Shown: positions 47,408 through 57,012 of the stretch, piece by piece
Numbering within the stretch: position 1 is the first letter of the stretch
How the letters are laid out: each line of letters starts with the position of its first letter
From: an uncultured Candidatus Saccharibacteria bacterium
GTDB taxonomy: Bacteria > Patescibacteriota > Saccharimonadia > Saccharimonadales > Saccharimonadaceae
Direction: 5' to 3'
NCBI GenBank assembly: GCA_937936045.1
Contig: CALGXC010000003.1
Location: forward strand, 6,097 to 70,096
DNA: 64,000 bases
Made by a program: the position numbers and the translations under genes
The notes under the pieces: generated by a model
What the model was told of the DNA's origin: nothing
What the model saw: the letters and a program-made list of their open reading frames with translations, nothing else
The model's database searches: none

Positions 47408-48547
47408 ATGAAACTACGGTCCACCACACCAGTTTCGGTATCATTAGTCAGCAGAGCGTCTCTGGTGGCGATGTCTGCATTGCTCGCTGGATCGGGCATT
47501 TTTGGCTTGGCATCACACGTATTGGCTCGCGACTATAACGCCGAAATTCAGGCAAAACAACAAGAAGCAGATAACTATAATTCTGAGGCTTCGCGCTTGG
47601 GTAAGATGGCTGATAGTTTACAGGCGGAACTTGATAAGATAAACGGACAGATATCAGCTATTCAGACACAGATTTCTGATAGCCAAAATAAGATTAATAG
47701 CCTTAATGATCAGATAAAAAAGAACGAAGAGCTAATTAAGCACAATCGTAAAGCGATGGGGCGAATTTTGGCGGATTTGTATGTTGATGATCAGATTTCG
47801 CCGCTGGAGATGCTTGCTAGCTCAAAAAATATTAGCGATTACATCGATAAGCAAGAACAGCGTAATTCTCTGAAAACTTCGTTGAATGATAAGATCAAAG
47901 AAATTAAGTCTTTGCAGAAAAAGTTGGAAGAGAATAAGAAGTCTGTTGAGAATACGCTTCGCGACCAAGAATTGCAGCGCAATGCAATGGCGGCTAAGCA
48001 ATCTGAGAAGACAAAACTGATTACTGATACGAAGAATGACCAAAATAACTATGCGGCACTGGCCCAGAAGCGCAATTCCGAGGTAGCAAAGTTGCGAGAA
48101 GAGCAGGCTGCGGCTAACCGACGAGCTCTTGGTGGTAGTAATGTTTCGATTCCGGGCGGTGTACCTGGCGGCGGCGGTTATCCTGGCGCTTGGGCGAGTG
48201 CTCCACTCGACGCTTATGTTGATCCGTGGGGATTATACACGCGTGAATGCGTGAGCTATGTAGCTTGGAAAATTCATAGTACAGGTCGTTATGTTCCGCA
48301 TTTTGGTGGTGCAGGTAATGCAAATCAATGGCCGTCGACTGCAGCACGTCATGGTATATCTAGTGGCTCAACACCAAAAGCTGGCGCAGCAGCTGTGATG
48401 AATATTGGATATTACGGACACGTTATGTATGTTGAATCTGTCAATGGCGACGGAACTATTACCGTTAGTGATTACAATTTTGCCTGGGATGGTTTATATA
48501 GGCACTATACACGCTCAGCTTCAGGATTGACATACGTTTACTTCTAA
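47408..48547 (+). CDS. secreted coiled-coil + CHAP-domain peptidoglycan hydrolase (PcsB-like)
   Basis: Signal peptide, about 230 aa coiled coil, Gly-rich linker, CHAP Cys (TRECVSYVAWK) and His (YGHVMYVESV). Confidence 0.85.
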   Translation: MKLRSTTPVSVSLVSRASLVAMSALLAGSGIFGLASHVLARDYNAEIQAKQQEADNYNSEASRLGKMADSLQAELDKINGQISAIQTQISDSQNKINSLNDQIKKNEELIKHNRKAMGRILADLYVDDQISPLEMLASSKNISDYIDKQEQRNSLKTSLNDKIKEIKSLQKKLEENKKSVENTLRDQELQRNAMAAKQSEKTKLITDTKNDQNNYAALAQKRNSEVAKLREEQAAANRRALGGSNVSIPGGVPGGGGYPGAWASAPLDAYVDPWGLYTRECVSYVAWKIHSTGRYVPHFGGAGNANQWPSTAARHGISSGSTPKAGAAAVMNIGYYGHVMYVESVNGDGTITVSDYNFAWDGLYRHYTRSASGLTYVYF

Positions 48548-48567
48548 TTAGCGTAAAGTGATACATA

Positions 48568-48594
48568 AAAACGCTCGTGTTAAACGGGCGTTTT
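48568..48594 (+). terminator. rho-independent terminator
   Basis: AAAACGCTCG/CGGGCGTTTT. Confidence 0.75.
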
Positions 48595-48598
48595 GTAG

Positions 48599-48604
48599 TA
48601 TAAT
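48599..48604 (+). promoter_or_regulatory. -10 TATAAT, 6 nt before ATG 48611
   Basis: Read directly. Confidence 0.5.
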
Positions 48605-48610
48605 AAGCAT

Positions 48611-49786
48611 ATGGTTACGGGAGAGAAAAGACAGCAATTAAGTTGGTTTTTGACGCTTGTTATTGTGGCTATTGTTAGTTTTGTGGCGGGAGCTCGCTCA
48701 GATGCGCTGTTTGCTAATGTAGCGCCAGCATTTGGGGTTCGCACTTCAAACAAAACAATTGACTTATCTAGCGTTCAAAAAACATATCAAGAACTGATTG
48801 CTAATTATGACGGAAAATTAGATACTCAAAAGTTAATTTATGGCGCCAATCGCGGGCTAGTTGAAGCGGCTGGCGATCCTCATACGGCGTATATGGATCC
48901 TGACGAGACGAAGGAGTTTGATAAGTCATTAAGTGGTCAAATTGGTGGTGGAATTGGTGCGGAGATTGGTCTTAGAAATAATAAGCCGACTATCATAAAA
49001 CCTCTGGAAAACAGTCCAGCCCAGAAGGCGGGAATTAAGGCTGGCGAGGCGATTGTTAAGGTGAATGACGAGGCTTCTTCTGATTGGTCAGTGGAAAAAG
49101 TTGTGAGTAAAATTCGCGGAGAAGTTGGGACTTCCGTTAAATTGACATTATTAAGCGATGGTCAAACGCGTGAGGTGTCGGTTGTGCGTCAGAATATAGT
49201 TTCTCCGGCAGTGGAGTCGGAAATTGATGGAGAAATTGGTATTTTGAAAGTTAATCGATTCGGCGATGACACAGTGAGCTTGTCCAGAAAATATGCTTCG
49301 GAGTTTGTTGAGAAAGGTGTCAAAAAGGTGATTTTGGACTTACGGAATAATCCTGGCGGAACGGTTGGAGCTGCTCAAGGGCTATTGGGTATTTGGCTAG
49401 ACAATCAAATAGCTATGACCGAGCGACGGGGTTCTGAAATTGTTAAAACGCTGCGTACAACTGGAACGCCAATTCTGGGCAACATGAAGACGGTGGTGCT
49501 CATTAACGGTAATAGTGCTAGCGCTAGCGAAATTACGGCTGGGGCGCTTCGTGAATACGGAAAAGCCACGCTGGTTGGACAGAAGAGTTACGGTAAGGGA
49601 AGCGTGCAGATTGTGCTTGGGCTGCCTGGCGGGTCGCAAATGAAGGTTACGGAAGCCAGATGGTACACACCAAAGGGTAAAAATATAGATAAAACTGGTA
49701 TAGAACCTGATGTAAAAGTTGATCTTTCGTCGGATGATGTCAATAATAACGTAGATCCGCAGATGGATAAGGCGAAGTCGTTATAA
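48611..49786 (+). CDS. ctpA: S41 C-terminal processing peptidase with PDZ domain
   Basis: PDZ (PAQKAGIKAGEAIVKVN), catalytic GNSASASEI and KGSVQ. Confidence 0.9.
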   Translation: MVTGEKRQQLSWFLTLVIVAIVSFVAGARSDALFANVAPAFGVRTSNKTIDLSSVQKTYQELIANYDGKLDTQKLIYGANRGLVEAAGDPHTAYMDPDETKEFDKSLSGQIGGGIGAEIGLRNNKPTIIKPLENSPAQKAGIKAGEAIVKVNDEASSDWSVEKVVSKIRGEVGTSVKLTLLSDGQTREVSVVRQNIVSPAVESEIDGEIGILKVNRFGDDTVSLSRKYASEFVEKGVKKVILDLRNNPGGTVGAAQGLLGIWLDNQIAMTERRGSEIVKTLRTTGTPILGNMKTVVLINGNSASASEITAGALREYGKATLVGQKSYGKGSVQIVLGLPGGSQMKVTEARWYTPKGKNIDKTGIEPDVKVDLSSDDVNNNVDPQMDKAKSL

Positions 49787-49827
49787 AGCTTGTGTTTTTG
49801 GATTAGACAACATAAAATGGAGATAGT

Positions 49828-50211
49828 ATGAACGGACAAAAAAAGAAGATTTTATTAGTTGAGGATGACATGGCTCTGTCTGCGGTTTATAGGTCGCGGT
49901 TGGAGATTGAGGGGTTTGACGTTAGGGAAGCCAACAATGGAGAAGACGCTCTGTCTGCCACTGTTGAATATCGTCCAGATTTGATTCTTTTGGATGTGAT
50001 GATGCCAAAGATTAGCGGATTTGATGTCTTGGATATTCTTCGCAATACGCCAGAAACTGCTAACGTGAGGATTATCATGTTAACAGCGCTTAGTCAGCCA
50101 AAGGACAAGGAACGTGCTGAGAGCTTGGGTGTTGATGATTATTTGGTGAAATCTCAGGTTGTAATTGGCGACGTTGTGGCTCGCGTAAAACATCACCTAG
50201 GCGTTCAATAG
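49828..50211 (+). CDS. single-domain response regulator (receiver only)
   Basis: LLVEDD, LILLDVMMP, MLTAL, YLVK. No output domain. Confidence 0.9.
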   Translation: MNGQKKKILLVEDDMALSAVYRSRLEIEGFDVREANNGEDALSATVEYRPDLILLDVMMPKISGFDVLDILRNTPETANVRIIMLTALSQPKDKERAESLGVDDYLVKSQVVIGDVVARVKHHLGVQ

Positions 50212-50230
50212 AAGCTAAGTTGAGTAAAAG

Positions 50231-50259
50231 AAGTCAGCCTCTATGGGGGTTGACTTTTT
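50231..50259 (+). terminator. rho-independent terminator whose 3' arm doubles as a -35 box
   Basis: AAGTCAGCC/GGTTGACTT, then TTTT. Confidence 0.7.
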
Positions 50260-50278
50260 AATTGTTTTTTGGTATAAA
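50250..50278 (+). promoter_or_regulatory. promoter TTGACT-17nt-TATAAA (TGg-extended), 10 nt before ATG 50289
   Basis: Read directly. Confidence 0.5.
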
Positions 50279-50288
50279 TGAAATATAT

Positions 50289-51608
50289 ATGGAAAAATCA
50301 AAACCAACACAGAACCACGAACAAAAACAACCAACGCCGGAATATGATGTAGTTAAAAATTTTCCTACTGACACTACTAATCTAGATAGTACAAGATATC
50401 CACTAACTATTATTCGCAGTGGTCAAGACGGAGAGGATGTTAAGCGTGACGAAGGCTGGTATCCTAGTGATATGTCGGCGGTTGTGTTTGACTCTGGTCT
50501 CAAGAATGGTATTGGTCAGATTAAGCTGCTTATGGAAGTATATAAAGTGGTTAAATCTGGTATTGAAACTGAGCTTGTGCCGTTGGAGGACATTCAGGGT
50601 CTAGGAGCAGATAAAGGTTATATTGAGTATCTTTATGGAAAAACTCCTGAGAAAATGATTGAAGAAGCTAAGCGGATTCGGCAGCAGGAACATCCGGATA
50701 GTAGGAAGATTGAGTCTTTGGCTCCAGGGGTAGGCTCAGACTCAGGCGCAGAAAGCCCAAGCAGTAGTTCGGTTGAAGATACCTCTGGCCATGAGAAATC
50801 TTTAGCGGCTAAGGTTGGTCCTGCAATGGGAGGTGTGGCGGTTAAGGATGTTGGAATTAAAAAGCCAGCGGATTTGGTGACAACCGAACCAGTTAAAAAG
50901 CCAGCGGTTAAGGCTACTGGAATTAAAAAGCCAGTAGAGACGGGGCTAGATGAAAGCAATAGCCCAGAGCTAGATCGTTTTGGCGAGAGAGTGCGAAAAC
51001 TGATGAAGCCTCTAGAGACTGATGTAGACGGCATGCCTTTTAAGAACGAATCTGTGCGAGTGAACTATTATGATTATCTATACGATCCGAATTATGTGCC
51101 GTCAAATAATGTAGAGGACGCTGCCGTTAGAAACCCAAAAGGAGTTCCTGTATCTGAGAAGAGCTTTAATGCTGCGAAAGAGGCTATTGATAATCTAGCT
51201 ACGAATCCATCGTTAATGCAAATAATTAATCCCGAGAGAGCATTTGACCCTAAAGCGATCATAAATGGCATTAGATCTAGTCATCTTACGCGTTGCCGCT
51301 TGTTTGAATATTTAACCTCCAGTCTTGATAGGCTGGCGGTCGTTAATCCAGGCGCTTTGGCAGACAGAGTCCTTCGAGACTCATATGATAATCTAAAATC
51401 TCCTAATTACCTCGGAGGTAATTATTATGCGGGTAAAATGCGCAGTCGTGAATATACTGTAGTGCTGGCAATTGCTATGATGGACGGATCATTTGATGTA
51501 GGTAGGCAAGACAAAATGGTTACTCATTACAGGGACGGCAGAGAGAGAAGTGGTATGCATAGGGATTCTGCAAGGGCACTTCTCGAATATGTAAGAAATA
51601 ATTATTAA
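50289..51608 (+). CDS. hypothetical protein (439 aa) with [IV]KKP[AV] repeats
   Basis: Long ORF with no signal peptide and no recognised domain. Confidence 0.7.
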   Translation: MEKSKPTQNHEQKQPTPEYDVVKNFPTDTTNLDSTRYPLTIIRSGQDGEDVKRDEGWYPSDMSAVVFDSGLKNGIGQIKLLMEVYKVVKSGIETELVPLEDIQGLGADKGYIEYLYGKTPEKMIEEAKRIRQQEHPDSRKIESLAPGVGSDSGAESPSSSSVEDTSGHEKSLAAKVGPAMGGVAVKDVGIKKPADLVTTEPVKKPAVKATGIKKPVETGLDESNSPELDRFGERVRKLMKPLETDVDGMPFKNESVRVNYYDYLYDPNYVPSNNVEDAAVRNPKGVPVSEKSFNAAKEAIDNLATNPSLMQIINPERAFDPKAIINGIRSSHLTRCRLFEYLTSSLDRLAVVNPGALADRVLRDSYDNLKSPNYLGGNYYAGKMRSREYTVVLAIAMMDGSFDVGRQDKMVTHYRDGRERSGMHRDSARALLEYVRNNY

Positions 51609-51612
51609 TATT

Positions 51613-51643
51613 AAAATAACTCCGCATTGACCGGAGTTATTTT
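51613..51643. terminator. bidirectional terminator (perfect 12-bp stem)
   Basis: AAAATAACTCCG/CGGAGTTATTTT between convergent genes. Confidence 0.8.
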
Positions 51644-51662
51644 AATAAAAAGTTTTTACCGA

Positions 51663-51935
51663 TTAAAGAACAACAACTTGCGTTCGGCGTTCTGATTTGC
51701 CGGTAAACTTGGTTTTCTTAACTGACTTAAAGCCAACTACGCCATTTTTTGCAGCGTGGATGGTGAAATTGCGGCTAACGTATGTGCCGTCACCAGCGAT
51801 CTTTGTGGCACCAGTTTGGCGGACCAAGACCTGTCCAGCAGTAACTTTTTGGCCACCAAATCGCTTAACGCCAAGACGTTGACCAGCATTGTTGTGGATA
51901 TTCTTACTAGAACCACCAGCTTTAACCTTTGACAT
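51663..51935 (-). CDS. rpmA: 50S ribosomal protein L27
   Basis: MSKVKAGGSSKN..AGQRLGVKRFGGQ. AAGGAG SD. Confidence 0.95.
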   Translation of the reverse strand: MSKVKAGGSSKNIHNNAGQRLGVKRFGGQKVTAGQVLVRQTGATKIAGDGTYVSRNFTIHAAKNGVVGFKSVKKTKFTGKSERRTQVVVL

Positions 51936-51998
51936 TCTTTACTCCTTATAGTTTCTATAAAACAATCTGTTCTAGTTTATCGAAAATAAAGCCAGTTG

Positions 51999-53192
51999 TC
52001 AAGCGGTTTTGGCTATATCTGCGGGTTTTAATACCAATATTTCTCTGGCAACAACTTGATCTTCACGGTAATATAAGAGGTTTTTATCGATAATTTGCTG
52101 ATATCCAAGTTTTTTAAGATTTTTTATCAGAGGTAGGTGAGTAAATTTACCTTCGTGATTTTGCCACGCTGGAACGGCTATACAAAGTGTCGTGTCTGGG
52201 CGGATTTGCGAGTGGATATTTTTCAGAAAATCACTAATTATGTGATTGCAATTTCCGACTACTTCGTGAAGTTTTTCTGGGCTAGGTGGCGCGGAAAACG
52301 GCTGACCTAAATATGTTTCGCAAACAATTCGAGAAATCCGCTCCTTCTGTTCATTTGTTAATTTTATAGAGGTAGCGTCGGCCTGATGCGCTTGCCAGAA
52401 AGTGTTTGTCGAAAAAGTTTTTTCCGCCCAGCTCATATTTTCGGTTGTGTAAGATATCATCTTGTCGCTCAAATCGCTGCCATAAGCATTCACGCCGATA
52501 AGTGCAGCTTCTTGTAATACCGTTCCTGTGCCACAAAACGGATCCCAGAGGTAATCGTTAGGTTTTGCGCCAGACAGGTTAATCATAATTTGCGCAAGCT
52601 TGGGCGGAAGCATTCCCACGAAGGCGTCGCGCTTTGGTCGTCCGCGGTCGCGCTGAGTGTACGAATTGATATTTTGAGCGCCACAACTTTCAGCAATTAT
52701 CAAATCTCCGTACACGTTCTTGGCTATAATAATTTCAATTTTCGCCTCAGACCTGCCGAGTTTATTATTGTGAGAGGTCGCAGTGGACAATGCGGCGGTT
52801 TTATTAGGAATTAGGCGCAAACTAACGCCAGATTTTTTCAAGTTGTTTTTTAAGATAATTCCGATTTTTTGGACGTTCCTCGGATCTGTTTTATTGCCAT
52901 AAAAGCTTATTCCAAGCGTTATTTTTTTCTGGCTATGTGAAAGTTTTTTCGTGTATTTTTCAGCAATAATTTTTGAGGTTTGGAGTAGGGTGTTGTGGTC
53001 TGATTTTTGCGATTTTATCTTCGTGATGACTTGTCCACATTTAATCGTTCCGCCGAGATTGTCAATTGATAAATTGTCGCAATTAACCATAGCGGCTTGA
53101 TTGGAGATTTTTTGGACATTTTGAGCGCCGTAAACAGCCTCTAATTCAGCGATAGAGATTTCTGGCTGGCGACCGAGAATAGCTATAAACAT
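51999..53192 (-). CDS. class I SAM-dependent RNA methyltransferase (UPF0020/Trm11-like)
   Basis: MLPPKLAQIMINL and LWDPFCGTGTVLQEA (motif I). Confidence 0.75.
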   Translation of the reverse strand: MFIAILGRQPEISIAELEAVYGAQNVQKISNQAAMVNCDNLSIDNLGGTIKCGQVITKIKSQKSDHNTLLQTSKIIAEKYTKKLSHSQKKITLGISFYGNKTDPRNVQKIGIILKNNLKKSGVSLRLIPNKTAALSTATSHNNKLGRSEAKIEIIIAKNVYGDLIIAESCGAQNINSYTQRDRGRPKRDAFVGMLPPKLAQIMINLSGAKPNDYLWDPFCGTGTVLQEAALIGVNAYGSDLSDKMISYTTENMSWAEKTFSTNTFWQAHQADATSIKLTNEQKERISRIVCETYLGQPFSAPPSPEKLHEVVGNCNHIISDFLKNIHSQIRPDTTLCIAVPAWQNHEGKFTHLPLIKNLKKLGYQQIIDKNLLYYREDQVVAREILVLKPADIAKTA

Positions 53193-53198
53193 GTCGTA

Positions 53199-53207
53199 AT
53201 TATAACA
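53199..53207 (-). promoter_or_regulatory. extended -10 TGtTATAAT, 6 nt before ATG 53192
   Basis: Read directly. Back-to-back with the + strand -10 at 53215. Confidence 0.5.
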
Positions 53208-53214
53208 TTTATCG

Positions 53215-53223
53215 TGGTATAAT
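53215..53223 (+). promoter_or_regulatory. extended -10 TGgTATAAT, 7 nt before ATG 53231
   Basis: It overlaps the ORF-track ATG 53222, so the start is moved to 53231. Confidence 0.5.
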
Positions 53224-53230
53224 GAAGGTT

Positions 53231-54298
53231 ATGTTACCGAAGGTGTTGCAATTGTTAAAGTCGCCACGAGCTGTTATGAGCGTTTTGACGTTGGCGGTTT
53301 TGGCAATAATAATTTTTCTATCTCGGCATGAGCTAGTGAAGGCGTGGAATCTGTTTTTGCACGCAGATTTATGGCTATTATTCTTACTATTGCCGTTTCA
53401 GATTATCGTGTACTTCGCTGGCGGCGAGATGATTTTTTCGTATTTAAGAGAGAAGAATCTGATTCATCATATTTCCAGGTTGGAGCAGACGAGGATTGCG
53501 CTGGAGCTTAATTTGGTCAATCATATTTTTCCGTCGGGCGGAGTTAGTGGAATTTCGTATACCACGTGGCGAATGCATAAACTTGGCGTGAGTTCGGCGC
53601 GTTCGACATTTGCGCAGGTGATTCGTTACGTTACGGGATTTTTGTCGCTTTTGGTTTTGTTGGTGATTGCTGTGCTGGCGCTGGCTATTGACGGCAAGGT
53701 TAATCGTTATATCGTTGCGGCTAGCTTCTTGCTGATTATCGTGGTTTTGGCGCTGACGTTTGGTCTGATTTTCGTGTTTTCGTCAAAGCGACGTATGCAA
53801 ATGACTGCTGCTAAATTGTCTAAGTTCATCAATACATTGGTAAAAATTGCAACCTTGGGCAAGAAGCGACGAGTAATGAAGTCGAAGAAAGTCGAAGAGT
53901 TTTTTGTTGATATGCAGGACGATTTTCAAGATTTATCCAATCATCCGAAGCTTCTAATAAAACCGATGATTTGGGGAACTGTCTACACTGTTTTTGACGT
54001 GGCGATGTTTGCTGTGGCGTTTCTGTCGCTGGGTGTTTTTGTTAATCCGGCGATTTTGATGGTTGGATACGGCGTGGCGGGATTGGCAGCGATTGTCGTG
54101 TTTACTCCCGGAGGAACCGGCGTTTATGAAACTATTATGATTATTTTCTTAAGTATGGCAGGCACTCCGCCGGATTTGGCGATTGCTGGAATAATTCTGA
54201 CGCGAGCAATTTTACTTACTGGCACGATTATCTTTGGCTATATTTTCTATCAACACGCACTGATTAAATACGGCAAGCCAGATGATTCCCAGATTTAG
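53231..54298 (+). CDS. polytopic membrane protein, UPF0104/lysyl-PG-synthase-TM-like (flippase-like) family
   Basis: About 8 TM helices. The family assignment from overall pattern is tentative. Confidence 0.7.
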   Translation: MLPKVLQLLKSPRAVMSVLTLAVLAIIIFLSRHELVKAWNLFLHADLWLLFLLLPFQIIVYFAGGEMIFSYLREKNLIHHISRLEQTRIALELNLVNHIFPSGGVSGISYTTWRMHKLGVSSARSTFAQVIRYVTGFLSLLVLLVIAVLALAIDGKVNRYIVAASFLLIIVVLALTFGLIFVFSSKRRMQMTAAKLSKFINTLVKIATLGKKRRVMKSKKVEEFFVDMQDDFQDLSNHPKLLIKPMIWGTVYTVFDVAMFAVAFLSLGVFVNPAILMVGYGVAGLAAIVVFTPGGTGVYETIMIIFLSMAGTPPDLAIAGIILTRAILLTGTIIFGYIFYQHALIKYGKPDDSQI

Positions 54299-55382
54299 CG
54301 TTAGCAATTTCATAGCAGTTGTCAATCAAACTTTTGACGTGGCTTTTGCTGGGACGGTTGAAGTTGAGGGTGAAGTTTCTGGCCTCAAGTCTTATCCTCC
54401 GAAATATGCTTTTTTCGATCTGAAGGATGACGATGGGCTGGTTCGGTGTTTCGTTGGTTTTAGCAATTTACGCACGCCAATTGAAGATGGAATGAAAGTT
54501 GTCGTTCGGGCAATGCCGGCGCTTAGGGATAATGGTGCCTTTAGTCTGAACATTCAAGAGATTCGTCCATTAGGCAAGGGAAGTTTGAAACGAAGTTTTG
54601 AGCTTTTGAAGCAAAAATTGACAGTCGAGGGCTTGTTTAATTCTGAAAGAAAGCGTCCATTACCGCAATATCCTCAGAGGGTGGCTGTTATCTCCAGCAC
54701 GAAAGCGGCAGGGTATGCTGACTTTATGAAGATTTCTAGCGAACGTTGGGGCGGTGTGAAATTCGTAGTCGCCGATGTTAATGTACAGGGCGTGAATGCT
54801 GCAGATCAAGCTGTGCGAGCAATATCCTATTTTAATCAAATGTCAGAATCTCCAGATGTGATTGTTTTAATCCGTGGCGGTGGTAGTGCGGAGGATTTGG
54901 CGAGTTTTAACGATGAAAAACTGGTGCGAGCGGTGGCGAGTAGTCGCATTCCGACAATGACTGGAATTGGTCATGAAATTGATGAGAGTTTATGTGATTT
55001 GGCGGCGGACGTTCGCGCAGCTACGCCGAGTAATGCCGCGCAATTGCTGTTTCCTGACAAGCGAGAAGTGATTCGGCATTTGCATTACAGGCTAATTGAC
55101 GCGAAAGATTCAATTTGTAGAGCTATCGAAGAACAGTCGCTTAATGCAACATTGTTGCAGAAAGAGGCGCTAAAACAGTGGTCAAGTCGTGTGGATGCGG
55201 CTGTAAATGCAACATTGTTGCAACAAAAAGTCATCGCTGAGTATGATCCGGAAATGGCGCTGCGTCGTGGTTATGCAATGATCAAGGGTGATTTACAGAT
55301 TGGTAATACTGTAGAGATTACAACAAAAGATATAATTATGAAAGCGAGGATTGAGAATAGTGAACAACGATATGACAATTGA
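54282..55382 (+). CDS. xseA: exodeoxyribonuclease VII large subunit
   Basis: OB-fold N-terminus, RVAVISSTKAAGYADF, IRGGGSAEDL. Confidence 0.92.
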   Translation: MIPRFSVSNFIAVVNQTFDVAFAGTVEVEGEVSGLKSYPPKYAFFDLKDDDGLVRCFVGFSNLRTPIEDGMKVVVRAMPALRDNGAFSLNIQEIRPLGKGSLKRSFELLKQKLTVEGLFNSERKRPLPQYPQRVAVISSTKAAGYADFMKISSERWGGVKFVVADVNVQGVNAADQAVRAISYFNQMSESPDVIVLIRGGGSAEDLASFNDEKLVRAVASSRIPTMTGIGHEIDESLCDLAADVRAATPSNAAQLLFPDKREVIRHLHYRLIDAKDSICRAIEEQSLNATLLQKEALKQWSSRVDAAVNATLLQQKVIAEYDPEMALRRGYAMIKGDLQIGNTVEITTKDIIMKARIENSEQRYDN

Positions 55383-55560
55383 GCAAATGATGGCTGAATT
55401 GAACGAGCAAATCGCGTGGTTTCAAGGCGATGATTTTAATCTGGACGAGGCAAAACAGAGGTTTATTGAGGCGAGAGAATTATCAAAAAAAATTACTGCC
55501 ACGCTGGAAGATATGCGACATGATATCGAGGTTCTTAGCGAGGATTTTAACGCTGAGTAG
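55372..55560 (+). CDS. xseB: exodeoxyribonuclease VII small subunit
   Basis: Helical 62-aa protein overlapping the xseA end; MAELNEQIAWFQGDDFNLDEA. Confidence 0.85.
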   Translation: MTIEQMMAELNEQIAWFQGDDFNLDEAKQRFIEARELSKKITATLEDMRHDIEVLSEDFNAE

Positions 55561-55587
55561 GATCTTTACACCAATTAAAGCATAAGC

Positions 55588-55593
55588 TATACT
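55588..55593 (+). promoter_or_regulatory. -10 TATACT, 7 nt before ATG 55601
   Basis: Read directly. Confidence 0.45.
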
Positions 55594-55600
55594 TTACAAT

Positions 55601-56260
55601 ATGATGACGAGAGATAAGAGTGAGCGTGGCTCAGTTAATGGCTGGATGGTCGGTACAATCGGCTGTCTGATATTGTTTTTGATTGCTGGATCTTTGGCAA
55701 TTTGGGCGTATATGCAATACTCCCGAGAAAAAAGCAGTGTTGATAGTAAAGTGGCAATTGAAGTTGCTAAGGGGAAGAGCGAGCAAGCCGAATCAGACCA
55801 GAAGAAATTTTCCGAAGAAGCAAAAAACCCGCGTATTGAATTTGTTGGTCCTGCTGAATATGGTCGAGTATCGTTCATGTACCCAAAAACTTGGAGTGTA
55901 TATATAGGGAATGACGGCAGCGACAGGGGTGATTACAAAGCTTATCTTCATCCTGTTTCAGTTCCTTCGACAACTAATAAAAATAGTCGGTTTGCATTAA
56001 GGCTGGAGATTATCAATAAGAATATGGATACGGTGCTAAATGATTATCAATCACGACTAAAGAAGGGTGAATTGACCTCAAGTAGCACTGAGTTTAACGG
56101 AATTTCAGCAACTCGGATTGATGGTACGTTTGAGAAAGAATTGCGTGGCTCTGTGGTTTTGATGAAAGTTCGCGATAAAACTATTCGTTTTTCAACCGAC
56201 GCGGATACATTTAAGCCAGATTTCCAGACTATATTGAGCACTGTAAAAATCTCTGAATAG
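55601..56260 (+). CDS. membrane-anchored hypothetical protein
   Basis: Single N-terminal TM helix plus an extracytoplasmic domain of about 150 aa. Confidence 0.75.
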   Translation: MMTRDKSERGSVNGWMVGTIGCLILFLIAGSLAIWAYMQYSREKSSVDSKVAIEVAKGKSEQAESDQKKFSEEAKNPRIEFVGPAEYGRVSFMYPKTWSVYIGNDGSDRGDYKAYLHPVSVPSTTNKNSRFALRLEIINKNMDTVLNDYQSRLKKGELTSSSTEFNGISATRIDGTFEKELRGSVVLMKVRDKTIRFSTDADTFKPDFQTILSTVKISE

Positions 56261-56278
56261 AAAAACCCAGTATATATT

Positions 56279-56287
56279 TGCTATACT
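56279..56287 (+). promoter_or_regulatory. extended -10 TGcTATACT, 8 nt before ATG 56296
   Basis: Read directly. Confidence 0.5.
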
Positions 56288-56295
56288 AGAATTGT

Positions 56296-57012
56296 ATGGC
56301 AGATAAAGAGTGGAGTGATGCTGATTTTGGGGGATTGCCGAGCGTTTTGGTGGCGGCACACGAGCTGAAAACGCCGCTGGCTTTGATTAGGCAATTGGCG
56401 CTATTGTTGGACGACGATTTAACCAGCTATGCCGATAAAACTCAGATTCAGCAGCGAATTATCTGGACTTCTGATCAGGCGTTGCAGCTTACGATTGATT
56501 TGGCAAATTCAGCCAATTTAACGCCGTCGTTATTTCCGCTTGAGCCGGTCAATCCGTTGGCTTTATGTCAGCAAGTGGCGATGGAAACGAAGTTCAACGC
56601 AATACTTTATGGGCGAAAAGTTAGCTGGCCTAAGAGTAGTCGAAATAGTCAATTGATATTAGCGAACCGAACACTTTTGGGGCGAATTTTAGCGAACTTT
56701 TTGAATAACGCGTTGGCGTATACTGAGGACGGATCGGAGATTAAGGTTTCGGTTAAGGCGACAAAAGATGCCGTGAGAATGAGCGTGCGGGATTTTGGGC
56801 CGATGATGAGTTTGAGGGAATATCGGCTTTTGCTTGATGAAATGGAAACGCGAAAAACTGTGCGAACGAGGCCAGAAAGTAGCGGGCTGGGGATTTACGT
56901 GGCGAATCAATTTGCGCGGGCGATGAATGGGCGAATTGGTCTGATTCGTCACCGTGATGGACTAACTTTTTATGTAGAAATGCCAATTAGTCGGCAGTTG
57001 AGCTTGATATGA
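56296..57012 (+). CDS. soluble minimal histidine kinase (DHp + HATPase only)
   Basis: H box AAHELKTPL, N box NFLNNALAYT, G boxes DFGPM and SGLGIYV. No TM or sensor domain. Confidence 0.85.
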   Translation: MADKEWSDADFGGLPSVLVAAHELKTPLALIRQLALLLDDDLTSYADKTQIQQRIIWTSDQALQLTIDLANSANLTPSLFPLEPVNPLALCQQVAMETKFNAILYGRKVSWPKSSRNSQLILANRTLLGRILANFLNNALAYTEDGSEIKVSVKATKDAVRMSVRDFGPMMSLREYRLLLDEMETRKTVRTRPESSGLGIYVANQFARAMNGRIGLIRHRDGLTFYVEMPISRQLSLI

